Shown here: in pieces, positions 1-12,873 of the stretch
How positions within the stretch are numbered: position 1 is the stretch's first letter
How the letters are laid out: each line of letters begins with the position of its first letter
Translations under genes and position numbers: made by a program
Assembly: GCF_009914755.1 (NCBI RefSeq)
Contig: NC_060930.1
DNA from: the human T2T-CHM13v2.0 reference genome, Homo sapiens
DNA length: 64,000 bases
Reading direction: 5' to 3' (one strand)
Notes under the pieces: model-generated
The model's input: the letters and a program-made list of their open reading frames with translations, nothing else
Database searches by the model: none
What the model was told of the DNA's origin: nothing

Positions 1-894
1 GTTAGAGCTCAGAAGACAGCATCCTTGGGCTCATAAGAGTTCTCAGGGCGAAGCCATACTAGAGAACTTCATCCCCAGGAGATGTGCAGTGGGTGTGGAC
101 TTTCTCTGGAGCACATGGGACACTCCCTGGAGACCCCAAGAAACACTCAGCGGTATTCTGCAGGGACTGCTGCCCTTCGTAAAGGCAGGGGCACTGAAGC
201 AATGAAGTTTGGGTTTAACTGCTAAAGCAAACTCATCATACCCATAGGCTGAAGAGACCTGAGAACATTTATATCTTGTCAAGAATGAAAAAGCCAGTAG
301 ATTTCAGTTGGTGATAGAAAGATGGTAAATTACAGGCATTAAGAAATGGGCAGGGAGCAAAAATGGGGCTTAAGTTGCCAGCAAAACTTGGTAGCTATTG
401 GCAACTCCCAGCCTCCTGAAAAAGTAAAGGCTTTTGAGGTTTATCCTAACTTTGGCAATAGGCTTCCAGCTTTTGTTTAAAAATCATTTTATTATGAAAT
501 ATATAATGCAAAAGATATATAAAAAGGCTTCTAGTTTTTAATTAACATTATTGAATTTATAGGGATCAAAGAGCTAAACCATTTATCGTGGAGATTAAGA
601 AATGAAGGCTCAGAGAAATTTACCCAAGGTTACACAGTTAATGGTCATATTTTTTATTTTTTAAGAGTCAATCTTGCTGTTTCCTATTCCAGATCCTTTT
701 ATATTGCTGCTGAAAATTGTTATTTTAAAAATCTCATTAAATTCAATTTAGTAAGTTTTCTTCTAGCATATACTGAGTCATATAATGACTCTAGATTTCA
801 TCCTTCTTAAAATTCCAGGTAATTTCCAATTATAAAATAAGGTATAAAGCATGCTTCAATGAATACTTAAGAAAAAGAAAAGAGGCAGCCAGTA

Positions 895-1406
895 AGTTGT
901 TGCAAAATCCATTTATTTTATTGGGAAAATGATAGTATCTTATGTTCACAAAGTTCACAAACAGTTTTGTATGTAAAATGTATAACCCATATTTTGGTTT
1001 CATTTATAACAATGTTAAATGTCTTAAAGCTTTCTAACATTTAATGAGTAATTTTAACAGAGACTGACTTTTCTACTGAAAATGTTAAAAAGGAAAATAA
1101 TACATTTATTAAATAAGTCACTTAACTTTTCTATATGGAATTATAAATAGAATGTTTATTTTGTTAAAGCATCAAAGTTCAGGCAAAGAGCAATACATTT
1201 TAAAATTGTATTAAAACTTGTTTCCATAAGAGTGCTCCTTCCTGGCTGGCAGACCTTTGAGTTCACCTGAAGTCTGGCAGCCATGGTACCTTGCTCAGGA
1301 GGCAAAAGTACTTCCAAGAGGCCCAGATTTTCAATCTACTTCTCTCAGTTTCCCTCTATCACTTTCAGATAACTCTTGAGATTCAGGCTGCTATCACCTA
1401 AGTAAA
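895..1406 (-). other. AK9: AK9 3' UTR (3' end approximate)
   Basis: AU-rich sequence after the stop, ending just past tandem poly(A) signals. Confidence 0.6.
912..922 (-). terminator. Overlapping tandem AATAAA poly(A) signals; other AATAAA at 1105-1110 and 1155-1160
   Basis: tttattttatt on the + strand; U-rich downstream element at about 865-885 on the minus strand. Confidence 0.7.
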
Positions 1407-1609
1407 CTACCCATTAATTGGGTCTATATTTCTGAGAGAGAGAAAGGTCTTTAACTTATGATCAAAGTCAATGGCTCTGAACTGAGGTTCCTTGTATTTT
1501 CTGGTCATCTTGGCACCCAAGTATGTTATGAGTTCACAACTCTCCATAAACTGCTCCATCTTCTTCTTATACTTTTTTCTTGTGTATTCGGAACCTTTGG
1601 GATTAAATG
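1407..1609 (-). CDS. AK9: AK9 last coding exon: AFNPKGSEYTRKK...RNIDPING*
   Basis: tacag acceptor; TAG stop at 1407-1409; ORF 1407..1625. Confidence 0.93.
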
Positions 1610-2018
1610 CTGTAGAAAATTTCACAGAACTGTGAATAATTTCTGCTAGTTAGTGAGTCATTAAATGAAAGAGACCTGGATGTGTGGTTGAGTTAGTTAC
1701 ACAGTTATGGTTGAGAAGATATCCAAATCCCAAATAAAATCTGGAGATTATTCTGTTTTAGGTCATAATTGCCTCTATTCACCCTTCTTTATGGCATGGA
1801 TTATTGACAGCTGACTGTATTACTTAGTCCCTACTTTGAAAATAGAATTTTAACTTTGACATTTTATTTAAAATATTTGCCCTGTATTGTATTTGCTACT
1901 AACACTCTCTCTTTCTCTCTCACCAAGCAGGCAACACAGTTTAACAATCCTATTCATCACTTATACTACCATTAATGTTAAATTTGTTCTGAGTAGTAAA
2001 TAATTAAAAAAGACATAC

Positions 2019-2133
2019 CTTTGAGATGAAGTGCTATATATAGCAGTGCAGATCTCCTTATACTTAAAAAGGGGAACTTGGGCTTTAAGCATCCCGCTGC
2101 ATTCATTGCTTTAATTAGAGAAGTTGCAATACC
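2019..2133 (-). CDS. AK9: AK9 penultimate exon: GIATSLIKAMNAAGCLKPKFPFLSIRRSALLYIALHLK
   Basis: ctgcag acceptor and G|gtatgt donor; 115 nt, phase 0-1. Confidence 0.92.
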
Positions 2134-3375
2134 CTGCAGGGAGGGAACAATTCAAATTCTGTGTATACTTGAGTTTGGTTTCTTTTCTTAGTGCCAATAG
2201 ATAAACAGGCAAATATTATTTCTTTGCCTCAAATAGCCCCCTGGAGTGGGGATGGGGCTTATAAATATGGTTAGATGACCAGTTAGCCAACAGGAAAGAA
2301 ATACAAAATACATTTGATTAGGAAAAATGAAAATTACAAACTGACTTAGTGTCAGCTAAGTGATGGATAGGAGTATGGGCTTCATTACACAAGTCTCTCT
2401 ATTTTTATATGTTTGACATTTTTTATAACAAAAAGTTAAGAGAAGAAAGAAGGGGACCCTAGGCTTTGCGATATCTTGGCCCGTATCTGCTTTCATTCTC
2501 AGAAATGGCCAGACTGCCTCCCACTCTGAGGACCCTTGGCTACCTGACACGTAATTCCAGAGACCACAGTAGTCAGTGCTGGCAAGATTCCAGAGCCCAG
2601 AAGAAGGTAAGAGGCCCTCCTGATAAAAATTGGCCTTCATGAGAATACTCCCCTATGGGTGGGCCTCATCTGGCATTTTGATGTTAAACAAGACTGAAGG
2701 CTAACCTTATAGGCAAGTTGAAAAAATCAGAGTGGTTAAGAATTGCTGACAAAGGTTTGACATTGTGCCCTAAGCATTTATTTTGTAGACTTTTTTTAAA
2801 AAAAGCTTTAAAAATAGTAAAAATAAAATAAAATAGTAAAGATAGCAGTTGGCTGCTGCTAAGTTTTGCTATTCTTAAAAAGTTATACTTGGATAAATAA
2901 AGTATAACTTAAATAGAATAAATAAATAACAGTAAATAAAACTGACTTTATCTGGATGTGGGGCAAAATATGGGCTTTTTGGTCTGGTTGTGTCACTGTA
3001 ACTCTTTTGGGTAGTCAGTGAATGATCCTCTCACGGACTGAATCTGCACATTTCAAATTATGAAAAGTTTCACAGACATTGAAATTCAAAAGTAAGAACC
3101 AAACTACATATCTAATTCAAATGGAAACAATTTTGTGGCGCTCTACTTTCTCTTCACTTTAGTGCAGATATTTGGGAATTAGCTATGGAAGCAGGGGATT
3201 TTCACACATTTTATTTTAACCACTACATATAAACAAAATAGGCTGAGAGAATTTGCAGCTTAAAATCAGAAAACTCTGCCTTGAATTTTATTGTTCCCAA
3301 AATGAAAATTAGTGTTAAAAAGAAGAAGTCATTGTATTCTTCTAACATATATAACAGAAAATTAAGTAAAAGAAC

Positions 3376-3478
3376 CTGTTCCAGATATCCAGGCAAAGGA
3401 AGACTAGTAAGAAGTATCGGTTCCCTTAATGGGGGAAGCTTGTGTGGAAGCTTCTGTTCCCAGTATTTCAGTGGCGAC
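3376..3478 (-). CDS. AK9: AK9 exon: SPLKYWEQKLPHKLPPLREPILLTSLPLPGYLEQ
   Basis: cttag acceptor and CAG|gttctt donor; 103 nt, phase 2-0. Confidence 0.9.
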
Positions 3479-4499
3479 CTAAGAACACAAAGTTCATTAG
3501 ATGGATGCTCACAGTTATACTCAGTGTGTATAGATAGGAATAGACAAGAGACTATTAGAAGATAAAGTTCACTACTTTTTCTGCACTGGAGAAAATGATA
3601 CAAGTGGGAATGCTGGGGCTCCTGGAAGTGCACAGCCACTCATGTCAACTGGGTACCCAGCCCTACTCACCTCGACTCAGTTTTCTCATTTTTCACAGCA
3701 ATTATATAAAACTTTCTTTATTTTCCTTAAACTTCTGACTCTCCCAAATGCCCCCTCACCCCCAGGCAGATGCCATGCTGTACTCAGAGAAGCCATCAGG
3801 ATGGGACTTCCTCAGCCCATCACAAGCAGAGCTACCCACTTGTTCTCTTCCCATGGTGGAGGTGCCTCCCATCTGAGACCAGGTCCCTTGGTCCCACCGC
3901 TCCCTCTCTCCAGGCATCTTACTACAGCACCTGCTTGCTCCCTGCCCTGGCATCTTTGCCACTTCCTTATTGGGTCCTTCCTGTGCATATGCATTTAAAC
4001 ATCTTCATAATTCCCCATTTAAAAAAAAAAAAAAGAAAAACCATTTTTACTCCTTAAATCCTATATGCCTTCCAGAAACGAACATCTCTTCTCTTTTTAT
4101 AATTAAAACTTCTTCAAACAGTGGCTTCACTAGAGATTGCAAGCTACCACACAAATTTTATCTGCAGATGGGATTTGATCCACATGTATTTTATTTTTAA
4201 ATTTGAATCAGATGTGGATGTTTAGGAATGTGAACAATTTAAACAGCAATAATACTTTCCAGCTTCTTCCAGCAGTAGATGGGCAGCTCTGGTCCCCTCA
4301 GCCGGCCGTGTGCAGTCCGGTTTGCACCAGGCCCCCTGACTCCTGTGTCTTCACACCCAGCCTGCTTGCCTCAGGTCCCTCGCCTCCTGGCTGCTGCAGG
4401 CACTGTGTTTGTTTGTAGCCTCTGGACTACAGGCAAGAGCTCAGTTTCCTCAGCTCTGCTCCTTGGAGCTCTGTAGTCACGTCCTCTCACATCACTTGA

Positions 4500-5362
4500 C
4501 AAAACCATTCTTGGCAAGATTACTAATGACCTGTTACACCCTAAATCTCAAACGCTTTTCAGCCCTTGTCTTGCTTGACCTCTGAGGAGCATTTAAACCT
4601 GTTGCCATGCCATCCCTCCCCTCCGCCTCCCTCAACCCTCCTCATCCTGGCTCTCCTTTCATGTCTCTGTGGTTCTTCTTTCTCAGTTTCTCTTGTAAGC
4701 TCTTCTGACATTCATGCATTGGTGTTTCTCAGGGTGTGGTCCCAAGCCCGCTGCCTTCCCCACATAACTATGGATGAGCTCAAACATGCTATCATATTTC
4801 AGACAAGATCACTCTGGCAGCCTCATCACTGGTAGTCCAATCCATGGTCTACACTTTAGTAGTGGTCTGACCCCAGAGCAAATTTGATTCCAACACGGAC
4901 CTCACTTACAATCAGTCAATGTGCTCAGATTGCCCTCAGGATCACTATGAGGACACAAACTGTGTACACAGCATGAGTCCATGAAACCGCAAACGCTTCA
5001 TGGTGGTCTTACTTGACCTTCCACACTCTGACCCTGCCCTCCACCTCCAGCCTCGCCTTCACTCCGTCCCCTCTCCACATCACATCCAGCTATGCTGAAG
5101 TTCTTACAGTTCAGGAATACCCTAGACCAGGTTTGTTGTAGGTCCCTCTGCTTGGAACATGTCCCTCTTTTCCTTCATCTAGCCAATTCCCACTCCTTAT
5201 CCTGACCTTACACCCACACACAATTCAGTTAGACCTTTGGGCTACACTCTCTCAGAAGTCCAGGCATTTCCCCACCCTAAAGTCCATCACATTCTGTTGT
5301 TACCAGGCACTCAAAATCCATCTTACCCTGGACAGCTTTGGGATGGCAGGGACCAGTGCTTG

Positions 5363-5404
<42 letters not shown>

Positions 5405-5490
5405 CTCTCTCTCTCTCTCTCTCACACACTCCTCTCCCCCGTTCCCAGCATGTTGCATGCAACACAGATTTTCAGTAAATATTTGTGATT
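4500..5490 (+). mobile_element. L2 LINE fragments
   Basis: L2-like motifs (aatgacct..., cttgacctct...gcattt) and a 3'-end-like cagtaaatatttgtga. Confidence 0.55.
5365..5428. repeat. Compound (CA)n(CT)n microsatellite
   Basis: Directly visible. Confidence 0.95.
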
Positions 5491-5502
5491 TAATGGTCTC
5501 AC

Positions 5503-5601
5503 CTCAAAAATTTCTGGAGTTTTTCTTTGTTCTCACAAATATATATACGATTATGATATTCTAAAGCATAGTTAATGCTACCAGGTACTAGAGCTTCATA
5601 T
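5503..5601 (-). CDS. AK9: AK9 exon: YEALVPGSINYALEYHNRIYICENKEKLQKFL(R)
   Basis: ttccag acceptor and AG|gtgag donor; 99 nt, phase 2-2. Not in the ORF track. Confidence 0.9.
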
Positions 5602-5833
5602 CTGGAAGACCAAAAAACAAAACAAAACCTCTATTGTATAATTAATATGCAGTCCTGTGTAAATAAAAAGTCAAAAGTATTTTATTTTTCTACCTATGTA
5701 GCTCAAGGAAGAAATAGAATATTTTTCCAATTAAACAACAGCGAACTTTTGACCAATATGTTAAGATTATTACATGAACCACTTCTTTGGCGTAGCAATA
5801 TCATTCTATACTTCCATGAAGGCCAGGACTTGC
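5602..5833 (-). other. GC-AG intron of AK9
   Basis: AAG|GCAAGT...TTCCAG|A; this junction keeps the frame (AG+A = Arg). Confidence 0.85.
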
Positions 5834-6003
5834 CTTTGGTTTCCATCCTTATAGGTCACTGGACAGTAGCCCTGGAGCTCCGCACACTTAGGGAATCGAC
5901 TCTTCAGCTCTGACAGTGTCAGTCTTTTGGGGATCATGTCAGCAGATGGGAGTGGATGAGGTGCTAAGGGAGGCACGTACAATTCTGGGTTCTCCAAGAA
6001 TTT
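5834..6003 (-). CDS. AK9: AK9 exon: KFLENPELYVPP...GYCPVTYKDGNQ(R)
   Basis: taatag acceptor and non-canonical AG|gcaagt donor; 170 nt, phase 0-2. Confidence 0.9.
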
Positions 6004-7081
6004 CTATTAAAAAAGAATTCCAGTAGCAACATGATTTAAACCAGAAATGCTATGCCAATCAGAAGGCCACCGAGGCTCTCCTGCACCCTCCCCATTTTCA
6101 GTAGCAGCGTTCTGCTGCTCCTCAAACTGTAAATAACCTCTCCTCTGAAAGGAAGTTCCTTACAGGAATACTCCCAAGTGATCACATCCAAGATTTATCC
6201 TCATCTCAGTCACTCATTCATTCATTCCTACAAAAAACACTTGTTGCGCTCCTACTACACTACAGTCACTGGAGAGAGCAGGCCCCTGCCAGCCCGTATT
6301 CCTGTCCTGCTGTGTAATTAACCGGTTGGGTGCCTTTGGCAGGTGAGTTAACTTCTCCAGCTTCAGGTATTGCTCTGTAAAATGGAGGGGGTGGGCCAGA
6401 TACATGGCCTTTAATGTCACTTCCAGTTTTAAAAATTCTATGATTACCATTTAAGTAAGCAGGAAGAAATAAATATCTCATAATAAAGGGAACAACAATT
6501 CTAATTCTGCAAGGAAATAAAATGTTCAGAGGCATCTGTTTTTTCTTGTTGTTGTTTTCAACTACCAATCTTTTAAAATCATCAAATTTTGGACATTATA
6601 ATATGAGACGAAATCTATTTTCTGTTCCATTAAGCAGAAATATAAGGTATACAAAGAGTTCTAGTGATAGAAAAAAAATTAAAGCAAAGGAGACATACGT
6701 CAGCTCTTGCTTCATTTCTACTGACTCTGATTCCCTTCAGCACCCCTGGGTGCTGAATCCCCTGGATCCTCAGTGGGCTGAGTCCTTGTTGTTCAGCATC
6801 TCTTCCATTGATGGGGCTCACTGTTGGCTCTCCTTAGCCGTTAGGCTGGCCTAGGCCAACAGCCAATTAATGACCCTGGACTCCTGCAATGTTTCAAATT
6901 ATATCCTGGGATGCAGTTTTGGAACTCACTGCTGAGTTGCTTCACTGGTCCCAGAGTCACAAGTTCCAGTAATGGGGCTCCTAGTCCCAAGTTTCTGGGT
7001 GCCTATCCCTTCCTATTGATTGATTCCAAGATAAGACATTTTCTTTCTTTAGTAAATATTTGGAGTTAGGAACAAACTTAC

Positions 7082-7278
7082 ATTCAGTTTTTCCTGAGAA
7101 CTCATTTTATAGTAGTGCCCCCTGAACTCTGCTGCAAATTCCAAGGAGTCAGTTGCAGAGCAATCAAATAATTCCTGGGATTCTGCCAGGCTGACAGGGC
7201 AGAACTGTTCAAATTCTCCCAGGCGAGAAAGCAGCTCTTGAGGTGTGATACATAACTTGTCAATGCAGGCAGCTTTTC
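7082..7278 (-). CDS. AK9: AK9 exon: KAACIDKLCITPQELL...FCPVSL...SSQEKLN
   Basis: aatag acceptor and AAT|gtaagt donor; 197 nt, phase 1-0. Confidence 0.93.
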
Positions 7279-7646
7279 CTATTATTAACATATTAACTAT
7301 TATCATGTATATATTTTTCATAGAGAACGCAATGATTTTAGAAATTAAAATAATTTTAATTACACAGCACTATACATACACATTATAAAATTCCAAACAA
7401 TAGAGTAAAAAGTAAAAGTTACTATTCACATCTCCATTGTTTCAATCCAATACTTAACCTGAGAGGTAATCATCACTGTTGGATTTGTATCTTTTTCAGT
7501 CTTTTTTCTATACCTTCACATACATACTTTTTTGCATATAGTATGCTTGTGCCACTATACTATAAACATTATTCTGCAACTTGCTTTTATCAGTCAGTTA
7601 TGGTCTTTGACCTCTTTTCATATAAGCTTATATAATTTACCTAATT

Positions 7647-7938
7647 TTTTTTTTTGAGATGGAGTCTCGCTCTGTCACCCAGGCTGGAGTGCAGTGGCGT
7701 AGCTCGATCTCAGTTCACTGCAGCCTCCCAGGTTCAAGTGATTCTTGTGCCTCAGCCTCCCAAGTAGCTAGGATTACAGATGTGTACCATCACAGACGGC
7801 TAATTTTTTGTACTTTTAGTAGAGACAGGGTTTTGCCATGCTGGCCAGGTTGGTCTCGAATTCCTGGCCTCAGGTGATCCACCCACCTCGGCCTCCCAAA
7901 GTGTTGGGATTACAGGCATGAGCCTTCCGTGCCTGGCC
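7647..7938 (-). mobile_element. Alu (S/J class) with 13-bp TSD AATTTACCTAATT
   Basis: Alu consensus; TSD at 7634-7646 and 7939-7951. Confidence 0.92.
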
Positions 7939-8070
7939 AATTTACCTAATTCTTTTTAATCGATGCATAGTATTCCACTGTATAAACATACATGTAGTTT
8001 ACTCAACCATTTATCTATTGGTGAATGTTTTGGCCGTTTTAGTTCTTAGCTATTATAGACTATATATATG

Positions 8071-8072
<2 letters not shown>

Positions 8073-8110
<38 letters not shown>
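8073..8110. repeat. (CA)n microsatellite
   Basis: Directly visible. Confidence 0.95.
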
Positions 8111-8113
<3 letters not shown>

Positions 8114-8689
8114 TTATACCTGTGTATACCCGCACATTTATAAACTTGCTACATTTAAAAAAAACCTATGGGCTAGATTTCAGGAAGTGCAAATAGTTTG
8201 TTGACATGATGTTACTCACACAAAGTTCTCCCTGTGCCCAGATCCCACCCAAGAGAAGGAAAACAAACATTTATCCAAAAGTGATTGGCTTTATTCTAAA
8301 GAGTAGATTTTAAAAAGAAAGTGCCCAAGTTCCTTTAATGAACAAGATTAAGAGTTTTCTCTCTATGCTTACCCAGAACAAAAATGTAAGTACACACATA
8401 AAAAAGAGAGTTTTCTCTCTAATACTCCACTGGAATGGGGACTTCAAAGCAATATAAGATGTTATAGAAAATAAAATTACTTTTTAAATACATTTTAGTT
8501 ATAATGAGTGGACTTATTATAGCCAGTACGTTTTGTTAGTTGTCGTTTTACCAAGGCAAAGTTTTACCTTTTTAAAAGATTATGCCTAGGAAGGTCCTAA
8601 ATTAACCATAAAATTATGAAGCAAAAATCATAGTTTGTTTTTTGTTTGTTAGGATAGAAATGATCTCATCTGCAATGTACTATTACAGC

Positions 8690-9280
8690 ACTGTAATCCC
8701 TTATCTAAGACCCTTGGGGCCAGAAATGTTGGATAATTCAGAATATTTTAGATTTTGGAAACGCATCACACTCAGCCAGGTGTGGTGGCTCACGCCTGTA
8801 ATCGCAGCACTTTGGGAGGCTGAGGTGGGTAGATCGCTTGAGTCCAGGAGTTTAAGACCAGCTTGGGCAACATGGCGAGACCCTGTCTCTACAAAAAATA
8901 CAAAAATTAGCCCTCTGTGGTGGCACATGCCTGTAGTCCCTGCTACTTGAGAGGCTGAAGTGGGAGGAACACTTGAGCTTGGGAGGTGGAGGCTGCAGTA
9001 AGCCACTGCACTCCAGGCTGGGCAACAGAGTGAGACTCTCAAACAAACAAACAAACAAAATGAAAGAAAAGAAATACATCACACCCTCACAGTGTCTGGA
9101 GAAGCACCCTGTAATCGATAAGATGAAATTTCTGCAACCAAATAGGTTGACCCTTCCCCACTTACTGGGTTTCATAAAAAGACTGTAAATAGCCATATGT
9201 CAGCTCATGTGAAGTTTTGCCCTCAAATGATTTATAACTAAACTTGATATTTTTAGAGGTTTTTGGATTTTGGAATCACA
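8690..9280. mobile_element. MER46C-like Tigger DNA transposon interrupted by an Alu
   Basis: cccttatct...cccttggggccaga...ttcagaatattttagattttgg resembles MER46C as recalled. Confidence 0.55.
8774..9073 (+). mobile_element. Alu (J/S class)
   Basis: Alu consensus, (CAAA)n tail, catcacac duplicated on both sides. Confidence 0.9.
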
Positions 9281-10089
9281 GGCCAGAGGTGTCATGTCAC
9301 TTGATTGCCTCACTGATCTGCCTGCCTGTACTGGGGAGGAGGGTGTGGGGGTCCAGGAGATGATGTCCCCTGATACCAACTACCATTTCCACTCTTCAAA
9401 AGGCCACATGTAATCCTGAAAAGGAGATGGTTGGGAAACCGTGCCCAAAGAGGTTTCCATTATGCAATCTCTCCACAATCCTGCTTTTAAACAGGGAGTA
9501 GGAGAGGGGGAAAGGAACATACACAACATGAAGGGATCTTTATTAACTGGCATTCCTTTAAGCAATCACAGCCCTCCTTCAATAAGGCAGGCATTTAAAA
9601 CCATTGCTTATTGGCTCTCATCCTCTATTCATCTCTTGCAGGCAAAGAATCATCAGTGTGGCATCAGCACTACTCCTAACAAGGTCTTTAGGACATAAAC
9701 TGATAAAGTGACAGTATTTTCCAAATGGTAACATCTAAGACTCATCAGAGTCAGCAGAGGTCAATTAGAATCCCCAACTCAACTTCTGAGTCCCAGAAGA
9801 AAGGCTACCAGCCATGAATGAATCCTGACCATATCATTAGGTTCTGGTCTTCTCTGAAGAGCTGAGAGCCAGCTGGATGGGATCTCCTGAATGTCTTTGT
9901 GCCTGTTTCACAGAGTTAACAGAGGGCTTTCTAGGAGAGCATTATTGGCCTTAAAACAAATGACTTTGAACCTTACCATACCTTACCACATAAAATTATT
10001 GTCACTTAACATTCCCAATTGCCCAATTAATCTGAACATAAATCTGATTGTGAATTCCTTCACCATATCATCATATCATGTGTATCACT

Positions 10090-10992
10090 GGAAGCCACAG
10101 GGTGGGCTGATCTGACATGACTCCAGTGGTATTCTTGATCCCTGCCTTGTGGTGTTCCTGCCTTTGTGTAATCTCCTCCCCCATGTGTGGGCTGGACTGA
10201 GTAACTTGCTTCGAATAAACAGAATATGGCAAAAGTGAGGGGATGTCACTTCCAAGATTAGTTTACCATTATGGCCTGAATTACGTTTCCCAAAAAGATA
10301 TATTGAAGTACCCCCAGTACCCATGAATATGACCTTATTCGGAAATAGGGTCAGAGAAATACACACAAACAGACAGATACGGAAGGGAGAATGACATGTG
10401 AAGACACAAAGACACACACATGGAGAACGCCATGTGATGACAGAGGCAGAGACTGGAGTGATGTGTCCACAAGCTCAGGAATGCTGAGGATTTCTGGCAA
10501 CACTGGAAAAACAGAAAGGCATGGAATAGATCCTCCCCTAGAACCTTCAGGCAGAGGATGGCCCTGTCAACACCTTGATTTTGGACTTCTAGCCACCAAA
10601 ACTGTGACACAATACATTTTTGTTGTTTAAGCCATCCAGTTTGCGGCAGTTTGTTTCAGCAGCCCTAAGTAAAACAATTACAAAAGATGGACACTCTTTC
10701 TTGCCCTTTCAGGTTGTTCACTTGATAAAGGAAGCTGCCATGTTGGAGAGATTCACATGGCAAGGAACTGAGGGTGGCCTCTGGCCAATAGCAGCCAGCA
10801 AGGAACTGAGGTCCTCAGTCCAGTAACACTTAAGGAACGGAATCTTACCGACATCACATGAGTGAGCATGGCAGTGGGCTCTTTCCCAGTTGAGCCTTCA
10901 GAAAAGACCATAGTCTTGGCTGTCACCTTCACTGTAGCCTTGTAAGGGACTACCCAGTTAAACTGTGTTCAGATTTCTGACCCACAGGAACG

Positions 10993-11030
<38 letters not shown>

Positions 11031-11090
11031 TATTTTCAGTTGCTAAGTTTTGGACTAATTTGTTATGCAACAATAGATAACAAATACACT
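10090..11090 (+). mobile_element. Nested MaLR LTRs: older MLT1E/F-like with an MLT1B/C-like LTR at about 10270-10680; (TG)n at about 10995-11028
   Basis: MLT1 motifs (gaccttattcggaaatagggtc, tgttgtttaagcca, ttgttatgcaacaatagataac). Confidence 0.7.
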
Positions 11091-12109
11091 ATTCTATCTG
11101 TTGCTTATGACACAGATGAAAAGGCTAAGAAGTTCCAATATTGATTTTCTACAAAGAATATTACACTACTATGATACTATAGTGGTACTATAATATGTAG
11201 TACTATAGTACAATAATATATAGTATTATTAAGGTATATAGTATTATAATACAAAGTATTATATTATACTACATGGTGCTATAGTATTCTAATACTATCT
11301 ATTTCTTGGTTGCTCTTTAGCTCAGATGTACTGAACCTCACCAATCCTGACAGGTTTAGTGACAGGGTAATTTAGAATCGTGTAACTTCAAGTCTCAAAA
11401 GACACCCAAATGTCTCTTTTTCTAATTATTGGGATATTCTGGATGACATCTGGCAATGTCTAGGTACCCTCTTCTGGAACGTGGCAGGAGGAATCTCTTT
11501 AATTCTCTAAGCCCCAGCCTTGTACCATCTCACTGATCAGGGTAAACCTTGGCCTCCTGGTAGGAGAGGATCATTTGAACAGTAAACAAAGGAAACAGAG
11601 CATGAAAAAAACCAAAACTAAATTCAAACAATCAGGTACAGGCTAGATTATCAGGCGGACGCTGAAGCAGAAGAGAACAGGACAGACTTCACTGAGATGA
11701 AACTATGTGTGAGAGAGGCAGGCACTGGAATCATGTAGTGGATCCTTAGTTCCCTCTCTAGGGCTGACATACCCACCCTGCAGCTGCTGGGCACCTGGCA
11801 CTGATTGCTCACAGCTGGACTGGAAATTGCCCTTCTGTCACAGCTTACGCAAGTTATACTCCCTCCCGGGGTGGCCTGCGGTCAATGACAGGCTGATGCG
11901 AGGGTGGAGAGGATACAAAGCCTGGACCCTCCCCCCACTTTGGGGACATTTTGAAGGTCCCTCCCAGCACCAGTGTTTCCCCAGGATCTACTGAGGGCTT
12001 CTGTTCCCACCACACTGCAGGTTAGTTTCTCCCTCTGCCCAATTTGACCATCCTGACTTGTCCACAGGTGTATCTCCTGATTAGAGTTGCTGGATAAAAT
12101 AAAGGACAC

Positions 12110-12420
12110 TGCTGGGTGCAGTGGCTCACGCCTATAAACTCAGTACTTTGGGAGGCTGATGTGAGAGGATCGCTTGTAGCCAGGAGTTTGAGACCAGCCT
12201 GGGAAACAAAGTAAGACTGCCCCCTCCAATCTCTATAAAAACATTTAAAAAATTAGCTGGGCATGGTGGCATGCATCTGTAGTCTTAGCTACTGGAGAGG
12301 CTGAGGCAGGAGGATCCTTTGAGACTAGGAGTTCAAAGCTACAGTGAGTTATGATTGTACCACTGCACCCCAGCCCGGGAAACAGAGCAAGCCCCTGTCT
12401 CAAAAAATAAAAAATAAAAT
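12110..12420 (+). mobile_element. AluJ
   Basis: Alu consensus with J-type features. Confidence 0.9.
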
Positions 12421-12564
12421 TAAAGAATACCTGTTTAAGTTTGAATTTCAGATAAGCAATGAATATTAATAGTTTTTAGTATGAGTATACCCTATGCAAT
12501 TATTTGGGATATACTTATACTAAAGAATTATTGTTTATCTGAAATTTAAATTTAACTGGGTGTC

Positions 12565-12873
<309 letters not shown>

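Noticed and set aside
2880-2910. 11-bp inverted repeat aagttatactt/aagtataactt
   Set aside because: AT-rich and short; plausible by chance in 64 kb.
3281-3565. 94-aa plus-strand ORF antisense to an AK9 exon
   Set aside because: TTG start, no recognisable motifs; explained as an antisense shadow of the real exon.
6736-6757. Tight hairpin ttcagcaccc-ct-gggtgctgaa
   Set aside because: Isolated 10-bp stem with no supporting context.
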